Counted from the stretch's first letter, positions 36,330 to 50,260 are shown. The stretch is DNA of 64,000 nt from Eledone cirrhosa (GCA_964016885.1 OZ024750.1:42036001-42100000), one strand, 5' to 3'. Made by a program: numbers and translations. Notes: generated from the sequence alone by a model not told the origin.

Positions 36330-39300
36330 ACTGCACATTGACTAAATTGTGTTGCACATTTTGGTGTTGGTTGTGATGGAATATTTTAACAGCACATTCA
36401 CTAAATTGTACTGCACAATTTGCTGTTGGTTGTGATGGAATATTTTAACAGCACACTAAATTGTACTGCACATTTTGGTGTTGGTTGTGATGGAATATTT
36501 TAACAGCACATTCACTAAATTGTACTGCACATTTTGGTGTTGGTTGTGATGGAATATTTTAACAGCACATTCACTAAATTGTACTGCACAATTTTCTGTT
36601 GGTTGTGATGGAATATTTTAACAGCACATTCACTAAATTGTACTGCACAATTTTCTGTTGGTTGTGATGGAATATTTTAACAGCACATTCACTAAATTGT
36701 ACTGCACAATTTTCTGTTGGTTGTGATGGAATATTTTAACAGCACATTCACTAAATTGTACTGCACAATTTTCTGTTGGTTGTGATGGAATATTTTAACA
36801 GCACATTCACTAAATTGTACTGCACATTTTGGTGTTGGTTGTGATGGAATATTTTAACAGCACATTCACTAAATTGTGTTGCACATTTTGGTGTTGGTTG
36901 TGATGGAATATTTTAACAGCACATTCACTAAATTGTACTGCACATTTTACTGTTGGTTGTGATGGAATATTTTAACAGCACATTCACTAAATTGTACTGC
37001 ACATTTTGGTGTTGGTTGTGATGGAATATTTTAACAGCACATTCACTAAATTGTGTTGCACATTTTGGTGTTGGTTGTGATGGAATATTTTAACAGCACA
37101 TTCACTAAATTGTACTGCACAATTTTCTGTTGGTTGTGATGGAATATTTTAACAGCACATTCACTAAATTGTACTGCACAATTTTCTGTTGGTTGTGATG
37201 GAATATTTTAACAGCACATTCACTAAATTGTACTGCACAATTTTCTGTTGGTTGTGATGGAATATTTTAACAGCACATTCACTAAATTGTACTGCACAAT
37301 TTGCTGTTGGTTGTGATGGAATATTTTAACAGCACATTCACTAAATTGTACTGCACATTTTGGTGTTGGTTGTGATGGAATATTTTAACAGCACATTCAC
37401 TAAATTGTGTTGCACATTTTGGTGTTGGTTGTGATGGAATATTTTAACAGCACATTCACTAAATTGTACTGCACAATTTTCTGTTGGTTGTGATGGAATA
37501 TTTTAACAGCACATTCACTAAATTGTACTGCACAATTTGCTGTTGGTTGTGATGGAATATTTTAACAGCACATTCACTAAATTGTACTGCACATTTTGGT
37601 GTTGGTTGTGATGGAATATTTTAACAGCACATTCACTAAATTGTGTTGCACATTTTGGTGTTGGTTGTGATGGAATATTTTAACAGCACATTCACTAAAT
37701 TGTACTGCACAATTTTCTGTTGGTTGTGATGGAATATTTTAACAGCACATTCACTAAATTGTACTGCACAATTTTCTGTTGGTTGTGATGGAATATTTTA
37801 ACAGCACATTCACTAAATTGTACTGCACAATTTTCTGTTGGTTGTGATGGAATATTTTAACAGCACATTCACTAAATTGTGTTGCACATTTTGGTGTTGG
37901 TTGTGATGGAATATTTTAACAGCACATTCACTAAATTGTACTGCACAATTTTCTGTTGGTTGTGATGGAATATTTTAACAGCACATTCACTAAATTGTAC
38001 TGCACAATTTTCTGTTGGTTGTGATGGAATATTTTAACAGCACATTCCCTAAATTGTACTGCACAATTTGCTGTTGGTTGTGATGGAATATTTTAACAGC
38101 ACATTCACTAAATTGTACTGCACATTTTGGTGTTGGTTGTGATGGAATATTTTAACAGCACATTCACTAAATTGTGTTGCACATTTTGGTGTTGGTTGTG
38201 ATGGAATATTTTAACAGCACATTCACTAAATTGTACTGCACATTTTGGTGTTGGTTGTGATGGAATATTTTAACAGCACATTCACTAAATTGTGTTGCAC
38301 ATTTTGGTGTTGGTTGTGATGGAATATTTTAACAGCACATTCACTAAATTGTACTGCACATTTTTCTGTTGGTTGTGATGGAATATTTTAACAGCACATT
38401 CACTAAATTGTACTGCACAATTTGCTGTTGGTTGTGATGGAATATTTTAACAGCACATTCACTAAATTGTACTGCACAATTTGCTGTTGGTTGTGATGGA
38501 ATATTTTAACAGCACATTCACTAAATTGTACTGCACAATTTGCTGTTGGTTGTGATGGAATATTTTAACAGCACATTCACTAAATTGTACTGCACATTTT
38601 GGTGTTGGTTGTGATGGAATATTTTAACAGCACATTCACTAAATTGTACTGCACAATTTTCTGTTGGTTGTGATGGAATATTTTAACAGCACATTCACTA
38701 AATTGTACTGCACAATTTTCTGTTGGTTGTGATGGAATATTTTAACAGCACATTCACTAAATTGTACTGCACAATTTTCTGTTGGTTGTGATGGAATATT
38801 TTAACAGCACATTCACTAAATTGTACTGCACATTTTGGTGTTGGTTGTGATGGAATATTTTAACAGCACATTCACTAAATTGTGTTGCACATTTTGGTGT
38901 TGGTTGTGATGGAATATTTTAACAGCACATTCACTAAATTGTACTGCACAATTTGCTGTTGGTTGTGATGGAATATTTTAACAGCACATTCACTAAATTG
39001 TACTGCACATTTTGGTGTTGGTTGTGATGGAATATTTTAACAGCACATTCACTAAATTGTGTTGCACATTTTGGTGTTGGTTGTGATGGAATATTTTAAC
39101 AGCACATTCACTAAATTGTACTGCACAATTTTCTGTTGGTTGTGATGGAATATTTTAACAGCACATTCACTAAATTGTACTGCACAATTTTCTGTTGGTT
39201 GTGATGGAATATTTTAACAGCACATTCACTAAATTGTACTGCACAATTTTCTGTTGGTTGTGATGGAATATTTTAACAGCACATTCACTAAATTGTACTG

Positions 39301-41390
39301 CACAATTTGCTGTTGGTTGTGATGGAATATTTTAACAGCACATTCACTAAATTGTACTGCACATTTTGGTGTTGGTTGTGATGGAATATTTTAACAGCAC
39401 ATTCACTAAATTGTGTTGCACATTTTGGTGTTGGTTGTGATGGAATATTTTAACAGCACATTCACTAAATTGTACTGCACAATTTTCTGTTGGTTGTGAT
39501 GGAATATTTTAACAGCACATTCACTAAATTGTACTGCACAATTTGCTGTTGGTTGTGATGGAATATTTTAACAGCACATTCACTAAATTGTACTGCACAT
39601 TTTGGTGTTGGTTGTGATGGAATATTTTAACAGCACATTCACTAAATTGTGTTGCACATTTTGGTGTTGGTTGTGATGGAATATTTTAACAGCACATTCA
39701 CTAAATTGTACTGCACAATTTTCTGTTGGTTGTGATGGAATATTTTAACAGCACATTCACTAAATTGTACTGCACAATTTTCTGTTGGTTGTGATGGAAT
39801 ATTTTAACAGCACATTCACTAAATTGTACTGCACAATTTTCTGTTGGTTGTGATGGAATATTTTAACAGCACATTCACTAAATTGTGTTGCACATTTTGG
39901 TGTTGGTTGTGATGGAATATTTTAACAGCACATTCACTAAATTGTACTGCACAATTTTCTGTTGGTTGTGATGGAATATTTTAACAGCACATTCACTAAA
40001 TTGTACTGCACAATTTTCTGTTGGTTGTGATGGAATATTTTAACAACACATTCACTAAATTGTACTGCACAATTTGCTGTTGGTTGTGATGGAATATTTT
40101 AACAGCACATTCACTAAATTGTACTGCACATTTTGGTGTTGGTTGTGATGGAATATTTTAACAGCACATTCACTAAATTGTGTTGCACATTTTGGTGTTG
40201 GTTGTGATGGAATATTTTAACAGCACATTCACTAAATTGTACTGCACATTTTGGTGTTGGTTGTGATGGAATATTTTAACAGCACATTCACTAAATTGTG
40301 TTGCACATTTTGGTGTTGGTTGTGATGGAATATTTTAACAGCACATTCACTAAATTGTACTGCACAATTTTCTGTTGGTTGTGATGGAATATTTTAACAG
40401 CACATTCACTAAATTGTACTGCACAATTTGCTGTTGGTTGTGATGGAATATTTTAACAGCACATTCACTAAATTGTACTGCACAATTTGCTGTTGGTTGT
40501 GATGGAATATTTTAACAGCACATTCACTAAATTGTACTGTACATTTTGGTGTTGGTTGTGATGGAATATTTTAACAGCACATTCACTAAATTGTGTTGCA
40601 CATTTTGGTGTTGGTTGTGATGGAATATTTTAACAGCACATTCACTAAATTGTACTGCACAACTTTCTGTTGGTTGTGATGGAATATTTTAACAGCACAT
40701 TCACTAAATTGTACTGCACAATTTTCTGTTGGTTGTGATGGAATATTTTAACAGCACATTCACTAAATTGTACTGCACAATTTTCTGTTGGTTGTGATGG
40801 AATATTTTAACAGCACATTCACTAAATTGTGTTGCACATTTTGGTGTTGGTTGTGATGGAATATTTTAACAGCATATTCACTAAATTGTACTGCCCAATT
40901 TTCTGTTGGTTGTGATGGAATATTTTAACAGCACATTCACTAAATTGTACTGCACATTTTGGTGTTGGTCGCGGTGAATATTTTACTGCATATTCACTAA
41001 ATTGTACTGCACATTTTGGTGTTGGTTGCGGTGAATATTTTACTGCATATTTTGGTGTTGGTTGCAGTGAATATTTTACTGCACATTCACTAAATTGTAC
41101 TGCACATTTTGGTGTTGGTTGCGGTGAATATTTTAACAGCACATTCACTAAATTGTACTGCACATTTTGGTGTTGGTTCCGGTGAATATTTTAACAGCAC
41201 ATTCACTAAATTGTACTGCACATTTTGGTGTTGGTTGCGGTGAATATTTTACTGCATATTTTGGTGTTGGTTGCAGTGAATATTTTACTGCACATTCACT
41301 GAATTGTACTGCACTTTTTGGTGTTGGTTACGGTGAATATTTTAACAGCACATTCACTAAATTGTGCTGCACATTTTGGTGTTGGTTGTA
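36330..41390. repeat. 59-bp satellite, about 85 copies, with higher-order structure
   Basis: Unit ttggttgtgatggaatattttaacagcacattcactaaattgtactgcacaattttctg; four main variants; degenerate at both edges. Confidence 0.97.
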
Positions 41391-41649
41391 TTAGAATTAA
41401 TTCTACTGCACATTTAGATGTTGGTTCCAACCAAGCAGAACACCATCAGCATGAAAGACAATTTCTCTGGAGAAGATACACATTTGAAATATAACTAAAC
41501 AACTCTAGCCGAGTAGATTAAAGAATATATAGATCTGTTCAGTGGCCCAGGTCATTAATCTTGTATACCAATATCTTATGCTAATTATACACAACTTGGA
41601 AGAACTTGATAGTAAAGTGGACACTAATATGGTGACCAAACTATAAGAA

Positions 41650-42738
41650 TAATTGTTTCTACTTTAGGCACAAGGCCAGCAATTATCCCAGTGCATTACT
41701 GGTACTTTATTTTATCGACCCCGTAAGGATGAAAGGCAAAGTTAGCCTCGGCGGGATTTGAACTCAGATCATAAAGGGACGTAACTATGCTGGAAAGCAT
41801 GGCGTCCGACCCTCTACCGATACTGCCAATCCGCCGCCCTATAAGAATAATGGTTTCTGATGTAGGCACAAGGTAATTAAACCAACCCCACTGCATTACT
41901 GGTACTGTTGTTTTTATCAACCTTGTATGGATGGAAGGCAAAATAATGGTTTCTGATGTAGGCACACGTCCAACAATCTGGGGGAGAGGAAAGACGATTA
42001 AATCAACCCCAGTGCATTACTGGTACTTTATTTTATTGATCCCGTAAAGATGAAAGGCAAAGCTACCTCAGTGGGATTTGAACTCATAACATAATATTAA
42101 TAATTGTTTCTACTTTAGGCACAAGGCCAGCAATTACCCAGTGCATTACTGGTACTTTAATTTATCGACCCCGTAAGGATGAAAGGCAAAGTCAACCTTG
42201 GCGGGATTTGAACTCAGATCGTAAAGGGACATAACTATGCTGGATGATTTCTGATTTAGAATCCAAACCATAAAGGGAAGTAACTCTATGCCGCAAAGCA
42301 AGTTGTCCGATGCTCTACCGATTCTACTGCCTATCCACTGCCCTTATATTAATAATTGTTTCTACTTTTGGCACAAGTCCAGCAATTACCCCAGTGTATT
42401 ACTGGTACTTTATTTTATCGACCCCGTAAGGATGAAGGGCAAAGTTAACCTTGGCGAGATTTGAACTCAGACTGTAAAGGGACGTAACTCTATGCTGAAA
42501 AGCATGGCGTCCGACCCCTCCAATGGTTTCTGATTTAGGCACAAAGCCAACAATTTCTTGTGGGGAGAGGAAAGTTGATTAAATCGACCCCAGTATATTA
42601 CTGGTTCTCTAGTTTATCCACCTGGTAAGGATAAAACACAGTTAACCTCAGCAGGCTTTGAACTCAGAATTTAAAGGGCCGTAACTCTATGCCACGAAGC
42701 GTGTTGTCCAATGCTCTACTGATACTGCTAATCCACCA
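41650..42738 (-). mobile_element. Cluster of about 6 co-oriented SINE family 1 copies or fragments
   Basis: Repeated tttctactttaggcacaaggccagcaatt...gatttgaactcaga at about 41651, 41945, 42100, 42350 and 42525. Confidence 0.85.
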
Positions 42739-42819
42739 GACACTTTACACCTTGCTGGTTTTATTCTAACCAAACTGACCAATGACACTACAACAGATAA
42801 TTACATCTTGTTGGTTTTA

Positions 42820-43913
42820 TCTATATATCTAAAACAGAGAATGTCTGTCTGTCTGACTCCCTAAAACTCGAGAACCACCCAACCAATTTTTTTTCAAACT
42901 TTACACATGTAATACTTATAGTCCTGTGAGTGTTTTGAGCAAAGCATATTTCAAATTTTAAATACCCTAGGGACCTCATTAGGCGATTTGGCGATCTCTC
43001 TCTATAATTCTTAGTCTTTCTTTTTAGATAGATACATAGATATAACGTTGCGCCCTTATAATATCTGTCTGTATGTCTGGCTGTCTGCATTACGACATTA
43101 TGACGCTATATGTGTGTGTGTATATATATATGTATATATATAGTGTGTGTATATATATATATATATAGTGTGTAACGTTTTTCGAAATATTTACTTCTGC
43201 GTTCACAGATTGATATTTTTAGTTTCAGAAGATCCCGTTAAAGGTGAAAGCAACGATTCTTTGCTTAAACTTTAATCTGTTATTTTAATATATATATGGC
43301 TTATTGGTTAGAGCATTGGCCTTGCAATCGAAAGGTTGTGAGTTCAATTCTCAGACCGGGTGATGTGTTGTTTCCTTGAGCAAGACAGTTTATTTCACAT
43401 TGCTCCAGTTTACTCAGCTGTAGAAATGAGATGATTGGGACTGGGGTCCCTATCATTCCACTGCAAAGTGGTCGTGGAGGTGCCACGGCAAAAAAGCACC
43501 CAGCACTCACTGTAAATGAGGTTGGTATTAGGAAGGGCATCCAGCTGTAGAAATCAAGCCAGAACCAGTTCCCGTCCCACCCTTGCAAGCAGGGAAAAAG
43601 CGGACGTAAAATGAAATGATGATGATGATGATATATATATATATATATATATAATTATATATTCGTGTACAGATATTTTTGCATACACAATAACAAAATA
43701 TAAAGAAAAGTATTTATTTCGCGATAAAGTATTGATTTTCTTCGCACGGAAAAAACCGTGGTAATCTACAACGATTTTTTTTTCATAAGCACAAAATGTA
43801 GAGGCCATCCCGAGGCCGAGGTATTTCGTACTTCTCTGTACTGTTTCAGAAAGGAGGGATAAACATGCCAATCTATGTTTAGAATCTCGAGCAACGCCGG
43901 GCCATTCTGCTAG
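42820..43913 (+). mobile_element. Non-autonomous Helitron copy 1, with nested SINE
   Basis: 5' TC after host A (a|TCtatatatctaaaacagag); subterminal hairpin ctcgagcaacgccggg; 3' CTAG at 43910-43913. Confidence 0.85.
43297..43630 (+). mobile_element. tRNA-derived SINE family 2 inserted in the Helitron (TA)n tract
   Basis: ggcttattggttagagcattggccttgcaatcgaaaggttgtgagttcaattctc tRNA-like head; ccttgagcaagaca core; (GAT)n tail; absent from Helitron copy 2. Confidence 0.88.
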
Positions 43914-44230
43914 TATATATCTAAAACAGAGAATGTCTGTCTGTCTGACTCCCTAAAACTCGAGAACCACCCAACCGATTTTTTTCAAACTTTACACATG
44001 TAATACTTATGGTCGTGTGAGTGTTTTAAGCCAAAAATATTTCAAATTTTCAATGGCCTAGGGACCGCATTAAGCACCGTTTAGCGATCTCTCTCTCTTT
44101 CTTAGTCTGTCTTTTTAGATAGATACATAGCTATAATGTGGCGCCCTTATAATATCTGTCTGTATATCTGGCTGTCTGCATTACGACATTGACTTCGCTA
44201 GCTGTGTATGTGTGTATATATGTATATATA

Positions 44231-44290
<60 letters not shown>

Positions 44291-44374
44291 TGTAACGTTT
44301 TTCGAAATATTTACTTCTGCGTTCACAGATTGATTTTTTTAGTTTCAGAAGATCCCTTAAACATTAATCTGTTA

Positions 44375-44435
<61 letters not shown>

Positions 44436-44678
44436 TCGTGTACAGATATTTTTGCATACACAATAACAAAAACAACAACAAAAAAGAGAGGAAACGCAAT
44501 TACATGCTTTTGAAAAATCTTAATGGAAAATTATTTGCCTATTCACCCAAGGCGACTTCCCTTTTTATTAGGACTTCTGCATCAATTGGTGAACATACGA
44601 CGAAACTATTTCAGAAAGGAGGGATATACATGCCAATCTATGTTTAGAATCCCGAGCAACGCCGGGCCATTTTGCTAG
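43914..44678 (+). mobile_element. Non-autonomous Helitron copy 2, head-to-tail with copy 1
   Basis: Same 5' end without the initial TC; hairpin cccgagcaacgccggg; CTAG 44675-44678 followed by host T. Confidence 0.85.
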
Positions 44679-44929
44679 TTCTAACTAAACTGACCAATGA
44701 CAGCACAACAATTTTGTTGTGTGAAGAAATACATTTAAATATTCTATCAATATTTTTCTCCTGATCAATTCTATCAGTTCCGTCTTTGAATGATAGATTT
44801 TATGTCTTGCTCCTATATTACTTCTAGTCTTGATATATTGAGTACTTCAGAACAGTTGTAATTGATTGGAGAGAATTAATGAAAATGAAAATGAAAATGA
44901 AAATATATATGTTTTCCCCATGAGTTAAT

Positions 44930-45768
44930 TTGGTTTACAGTCTGTACAATGTATCCCTGTGTATACCTGGTTTACAGTCTGTACAATGTATCCCTGTGTA
45001 TACCTGGTTTACAATAGGTACACTGTATCCCTGTGTGTACCTGGTTTACAATAGGTACACTGTATCCCTGTGTGTACCTGGTTTACAATAGGTACTCTGT
45101 ATCCCTGTGTATACCTGGTTTACAATAGGTACACTGTATCCCTGTGTATACCTGGTTTACAATAGGTACACTGTATCCCTGTGTGTACCTGGTTTACAAT
45201 AGGTACTCTGTATCCCTGTGTGTATCTGGTTTACAATAGGTACACTGTATCCTTGTGTATACCTGGTTTACAATAGGTACACTGTATCCCTGTGTATACC
45301 TGGTTTACAATAGGTACACTGTATCCCTGTGTGTACCAGGTTTACAATAGGTACACTGTATCCCTGTGTGTACCTGGTTTACAATAGGTACACTGTATCC
45401 CTGTGTGTATCTGGTTTAGAACAGGTACTCTGTATCCCTGTGTGTATCTGGTTTACAATAGGTACACTGTATCCCTGTGTGTATCTGCTTTACAATAGGT
45501 ACACTGTATCCCTGTGTGTACCTGGTTTACATTAGCTACACTGTATCCCTGTGTGTACCTGGTTTACAATAGGTACACTGTATCCCTGTGTGTATCTGCT
45601 TTACAATAGGTACACTGTATCCCTGTGTATATCTGGTTTAGAACAGGTACACTGTATCCGTGTGTATCTGCTTTACAATAGGTACACTGTATCCCTGTGT
45701 GTATCTGCTTTACAATAGGTACACTGTATCCCTGTGTGTATCTGGTTTAGAACAGGTACTCTGTATCC
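44930..45768. repeat. 37-bp minisatellite, about 22 copies
   Basis: Unit ctggtttacaataggtacactgtatccctgtgtgtac. Confidence 0.95.
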
Positions 45769-46129
45769 GCTGGGTGGACCAACAGTATCGTTGGTGTGGG
45801 TCGAAAGTGCCAAAGTCCACCTCAACGGCTGAAAACTACGGAGTTCTGTGTCTTTCGTTTGCATAAAAATAAAAAAATCTAGGTCGATATAAAAGTACCA
45901 GTCTTGTACTGGGGTCGATTCCTCCTCTGTCTCTTTCTCATTTCCTCTCTCCCACTTTATATCTTTCTCTGGAAGAAATCTGTACTCAGACCTGGAGAGA
46001 AATGGGTTCCGTCAGGCTTAAAATGCCCAAGAAATACCGTATATTAAAACGGCACCTCTACGACTCTATAAGGAGTTACGGGACCATACATATATATATA
46101 ATACACACACATATATGTGATACATACAC

Positions 46130-46290
46130 ACACAGGCTTCCTTATAGTTAGTGTCGTATAATTTCCCCTCACAAGATGTTGGTTAACAAAAGAATATGAT
46201 GGAAGACACTCCAACACAATGCCAGATAATGAAATTGAACCTAGAATCACATGTTTGCCAAGCGAACTTCTTAACCACGCAGCCACGCTG
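46130..46290 (-). mobile_element. tRNA-type SINE family 3, degraded
   Basis: Minus strand gcgtggctgcgtggttaagaagttcgc...ggttcaatttc (A and B boxes). Confidence 0.6.
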
Positions 46291-46732
46291 GTGGTACCAA
46301 TGTTCTGTTAATTTTATTGCAATGCCTCTTTACTGTAGCTGCATAGTTCATACTCAATAACGTGTAGTGATAGTGTGACAAATTCATACATTTCCTTTTA
46401 CGTGACGAAAAAAAATATATATATGCAAAAGTATGATTTGGCATGACAGAATTTCATCTTCACGTAGTAAGTTCGATGGAAAAAATGAGAAAATATACAT
46501 TAAAAAAAAAATATATATATACATAAAAAATAAAACAACAAAACAATGAACTGAATTTGTTATTTTAAACGTGTAAGCCTAAAAACTTGTTAGCAAAAAT
46601 TATAAATATAAAAATCAAACAATATTTTGTGTTTAAATCTAGTGCCACAGATCCATCTTCTTAAAAATAGACTCTGGAAGGTTTATTTATTAGTTTAGGG
46701 ATCATGTTGAATCAAATAGGTTATTTATCGAC

Positions 46733-46766
<34 letters not shown>

Positions 46767-47829
46767 TAATATATAGTAATTAATCGTAACACTTCCTTAA
46801 TATCAATAATAAAAGATTGTTGAACAATTAATACAATTATTCAGTATATGAAATGAAGAAAAAATAAGTTTTATTTAAAAATCTCTACAAGAAGTCCCCG
46901 TCTCCTCCAGATTCTTCCAACATTATGTGAGGTGTTAGAACAGATATGGCGCGAATTTTCAGCGCTGTTCTAATTGTACAATGTTCACCTTTTTCTTCCA
47001 TCAACTCTTCCTTCCTTCTTCAAGGAGAAAACATCCCGCTGTGTCGATTCTGATACAAATAGAACTGCAGCTCTATTTCTATATTTGTCTACTTTTCTTT
47101 CTCACATTCATCATTTTCTCTTACTATCCTCGACACAAAATTTTTCCATTACTTTTTCTCGATATCCTTTTTAAGAGTCCACGGTTTTTCCTTTTCATCA
47201 GGGAAGAAATAAACATAAAATTTATGATCAACGGCTAAAGGGAAAATATTGTTTCTTTGTTAGTGAGAGAAACGAAATAATATTGTTTCGAACAAGCAGA
47301 ATATTATTTTTCCAGTGTTAAAAATTATTTTATTCCCAAACGGTTTTCTCTGTAATTTCAACGAACTGAATTTTCGGAGACAAATTTTAAAATATAATCT
47401 TACAATATTGTTTTTGTTTTTATAAATAATTCCACTTGCCTAATGCACGTGGTAATAAACAATAGTTTAAATCGCATGACCTTTGACCACATCGTCGAAG
47501 CAATGTGACAAAAGATAAAAATGGAATAGACAGGATGAGAGGTAAAAAAAATATTTCTGTGATGTTTTTAATATTTTTAAACACATACATTGATAATTCA
47601 AACTTATACACATGGATTGTAATTCTATTTCTCTATTAAAGAATCTTAATTGTTAAGCAAGTTACATTTTTTTCGAAAATTTTAATTTTCTCTTGAAAAT
47701 ATTTAGGTGAATGTTGAGCTGACTTCCCCGTTTTAACTGTGGACTCGTCTATATTCCTGATTGTAAAGGAAGTGAATAAGACTGCCTCTCAGTGACGTCA
47801 GACATATTTGTGGGAGTAGAAAGATGAGT

Positions 47830-48107
47830 TGCCTGTGGAGAAGGGAGGATGGTGAGAGAGAGGGAGAGATGGTGAGAGAGTGAGGAGGATGACAAGAGAA
47901 AGACAGAGAGAGTGAGTGAGTAAGAAAGAGAAAAGAAAAGATCGTAAGAGAAATAGAGAGGGGTAGATGACAAGAGAAAGACAGAGAGAGTGAGTGAGAA
48001 AGAGAAAGAAGGGAAGATGGTAAGAGAAATAGATAGAGGAGGATGACAAGAGAAAGACAGAGAGAGGAAGTGGAGGGAGGATGGTGATATATATATCACT
48101 CTTTCTT

Positions 48108-48139
<32 letters not shown>

Positions 48140-49220
48140 GAGAGAGAGAGAGTGAGAGAAAGAGAAAGAAAGAAATGGGGAAAGAATAAAGGATAGAAAG
48201 ACGAGAGAAGAGAATAAAGAAAGGAATAGAAATATGTCGAGAGAGAATTGAGAAGCCAAATAATGGAAGTGGGGCGATGGGGGAGATTTAATAGAATGAA
48301 AAATTAAAAATATAGAAAAGATAAAAAGTGAAATGCAACAGAGAAAACGAAAGAAGAAAATAAGATAAAAGGAGAGAAAAGTCAATAGTAAAATTATGAA
48401 AAAGAAAGATTGAAAGACAAGATGAAATGGAAAAAAGAACGAATTACGGATGGAAGGACGAGATTTTGAAGTAAAGGAATGAAGGAAAAGTAAAGAAATA
48501 AAAATGTGAAACTAGGAAGACTAGTCAATGAATCAATGTTAGAAGACAGAAGGGAGAAGAGGACAGGGACGAATAATGAAAAAAGAGAGTAGATAAAGGT
48601 CAGAGAATTGTGGAGAGGCAGCTTGAGAAGATAGGTAGGTAGATAAAGAGAGGAGGAGTAGAGATAGGTAGGTAGATAGAGAGAGGGGGAGTAGAGATAG
48701 GTAGATAAATAGAGAGAGGGGGAGTAGAGATAGGTAGATAGATAGAGAGAAGGGGAGAAGAGATTGGTAAATAGATAGAGAGAGGGGGAGTAGAGATAGG
48801 TAAATAGATAAAGAGAGGGGGAGTAGAGATAGGTAGGTAGATAGAGAGAGGGGGAGAAGAGATAGGTAAATATATAGAGAGAAGGGGGAGAAGAGATAGG
48901 TAAATAGATAGAGAGAGGGGGAATACAGATAGACAGATACATAATGAGAGAGAAATAGAGATAGATGAGTAAAAAGAGAGAAAAGGAGAGCAAAATAAAT
49001 AGATAGATAGATAAAAAGAGAGGAACAGAGAGATAGATACAGAAAGAGAGGAATAGAGATAGATAGATAAAGAGGTAAAGAGAGAGTATTAGAGACAGAT
49101 AGATAGATAGATAAAGAGAGAGTATTAGAGAAAGATAGAGAGATAAAGAGAGAGAAATAGTGATAAACAAAAGGAGCTGTTTAAAAAGAGAAAGTAAAAG
49201 AAAAAGACAGGAAAAGAAAT
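47830..49220. repeat. Purine-rich (GA/GATA) low-complexity tract with about 33-bp degenerate units
   Basis: Visible directly; gagagggggagtagagataggtaaatagata repeated across 48630-48920. Confidence 0.85.
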
Positions 49221-49576
49221 ATATATTTAAATTTGGGTTCATAATGATTCCAGAATTAATGAAAAAAAATGAGAAAATAAAGATATTTGAAGAATAAAAG
49301 TGATAATATAAAATATAATAAAAATGGAACGGGTAGAGAGGAAGGCTGAAGACCTGTCCTTGATCTAAACTGAAGCCATTGGTCAGAATATATTTCTGTC
49401 TAGAAAAGATCACAACCCGTCACAAACACACACAGCTCTATTATTTTATTTTATTCCTCGTTTTTGTTTTTTTTTTTTGGCTGACCAGACCAGAACTTTT
49501 TTGGAGAGAGGAGAGGAAGGCAAATTATTCCATTCCATTCATTAATTTTAATTTAATTATGAAATAAACACTGTTA

Positions 49577-49641
<65 letters not shown>

Positions 49642-49680
49642 ATTAGAATACTGGAGCGTGTTATATATATATATATATAT

Positions 49681-49869
49681 AAACGAGTAGGACCCCGACG
49701 GCTGAGCTCAAGCCGTTTCGACGGCTAATTCTGGACCAGAATTAGCCGTCGAAACGGCTTGAGCTCAGCCGTCGGGGTCTTACTTGTTCCTATTACCCAC
49801 TCTACTACCCTAAGTATTGAGTACTTTGGTGCGTTATGGTCCACCTGGTTCCTTTCCACATTTCCTTCG

Positions 49870-49871
<2 letters not shown>
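49681..49871 (+). mobile_element. Foldback element family P1 in (TA)n
   Basis: Palindrome centred on 49735 (arms about 49682-49734 and 49736-49788); contains GAAAcggct-tgagctc-agccgTC; unique 3' tail. Confidence 0.8.
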
Positions 49872-49900
<29 letters not shown>

Positions 49901-49906
<6 letters not shown>

Positions 49907-50256
49907 ATTAAATAAATGGAAAACTATATTTATAAAACCATATTTATTTCATTATATATATTTCGGGGATATCATATTAACAATATGCTATGCCTTCATC
50001 AGACAAAATACAATATAAACAGTTTTATAGACAAATAGGTTCGACATACCGTTATAACACCGACTTCATTTGAAGAGGTTTATTCTGGCTGTTAATATGA
50101 TATCCCCGAAATATATATAATGAAATAAATATGGTTTTATAAATATAGTTTTCCATTTATTTAATATTGTAAATATACTCCAAATATTTGTCGAGTGCTT
50201 TTATACCAGTTATAAATATTTACTAGTTGTAACCCAACAATTTTAAATATAACTTT

Positions 50257-50260
<4 letters not shown>
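49901..50260. mobile_element. Inverted-repeat element with perfect 82-bp arms (49901-49982 and 50090-50171) carrying a hammerhead
   Basis: Arms are exact reverse complements; element flanked by (TA)n. Confidence 0.8.
49945..50010 (-). ncRNA. Type I hammerhead ribozyme motif with partly mismatched stem II
   Basis: Minus strand: tattttgt-CTGATGA-aggcatagcatatt/gtt/aatatgatatcccc-GAAA-tatata-TA-atgaaata; palindromic stem III ATATATAT. Confidence 0.65.

Noticed and set aside
23140-41390. CRISPR-like appearance of the regular arrays, including 24710-25040
   Set aside because: No unique spacers, no cas genes, and a eukaryotic repeat context
43297-43370. tRNA gene (also 27035-27105 and 11031-11120)
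   Set aside because: tRNA-like heads continue into shared SINE bodies and tails, with no good acceptor stem
47170-47205. CTGATGA on the minus strand (also 2278 and 60291 on plus) as hammerheads
   Set aside because: No stem II closing onto GAAA, and no stem I or III
46940-47800. E2F-like tggcgcgaa (about 46947) and CRE tgacgtca (about 47793) sites
   Set aside because: Isolated 8-9-bp motifs are expected by chance in 64 kb; no linked transcript evidence
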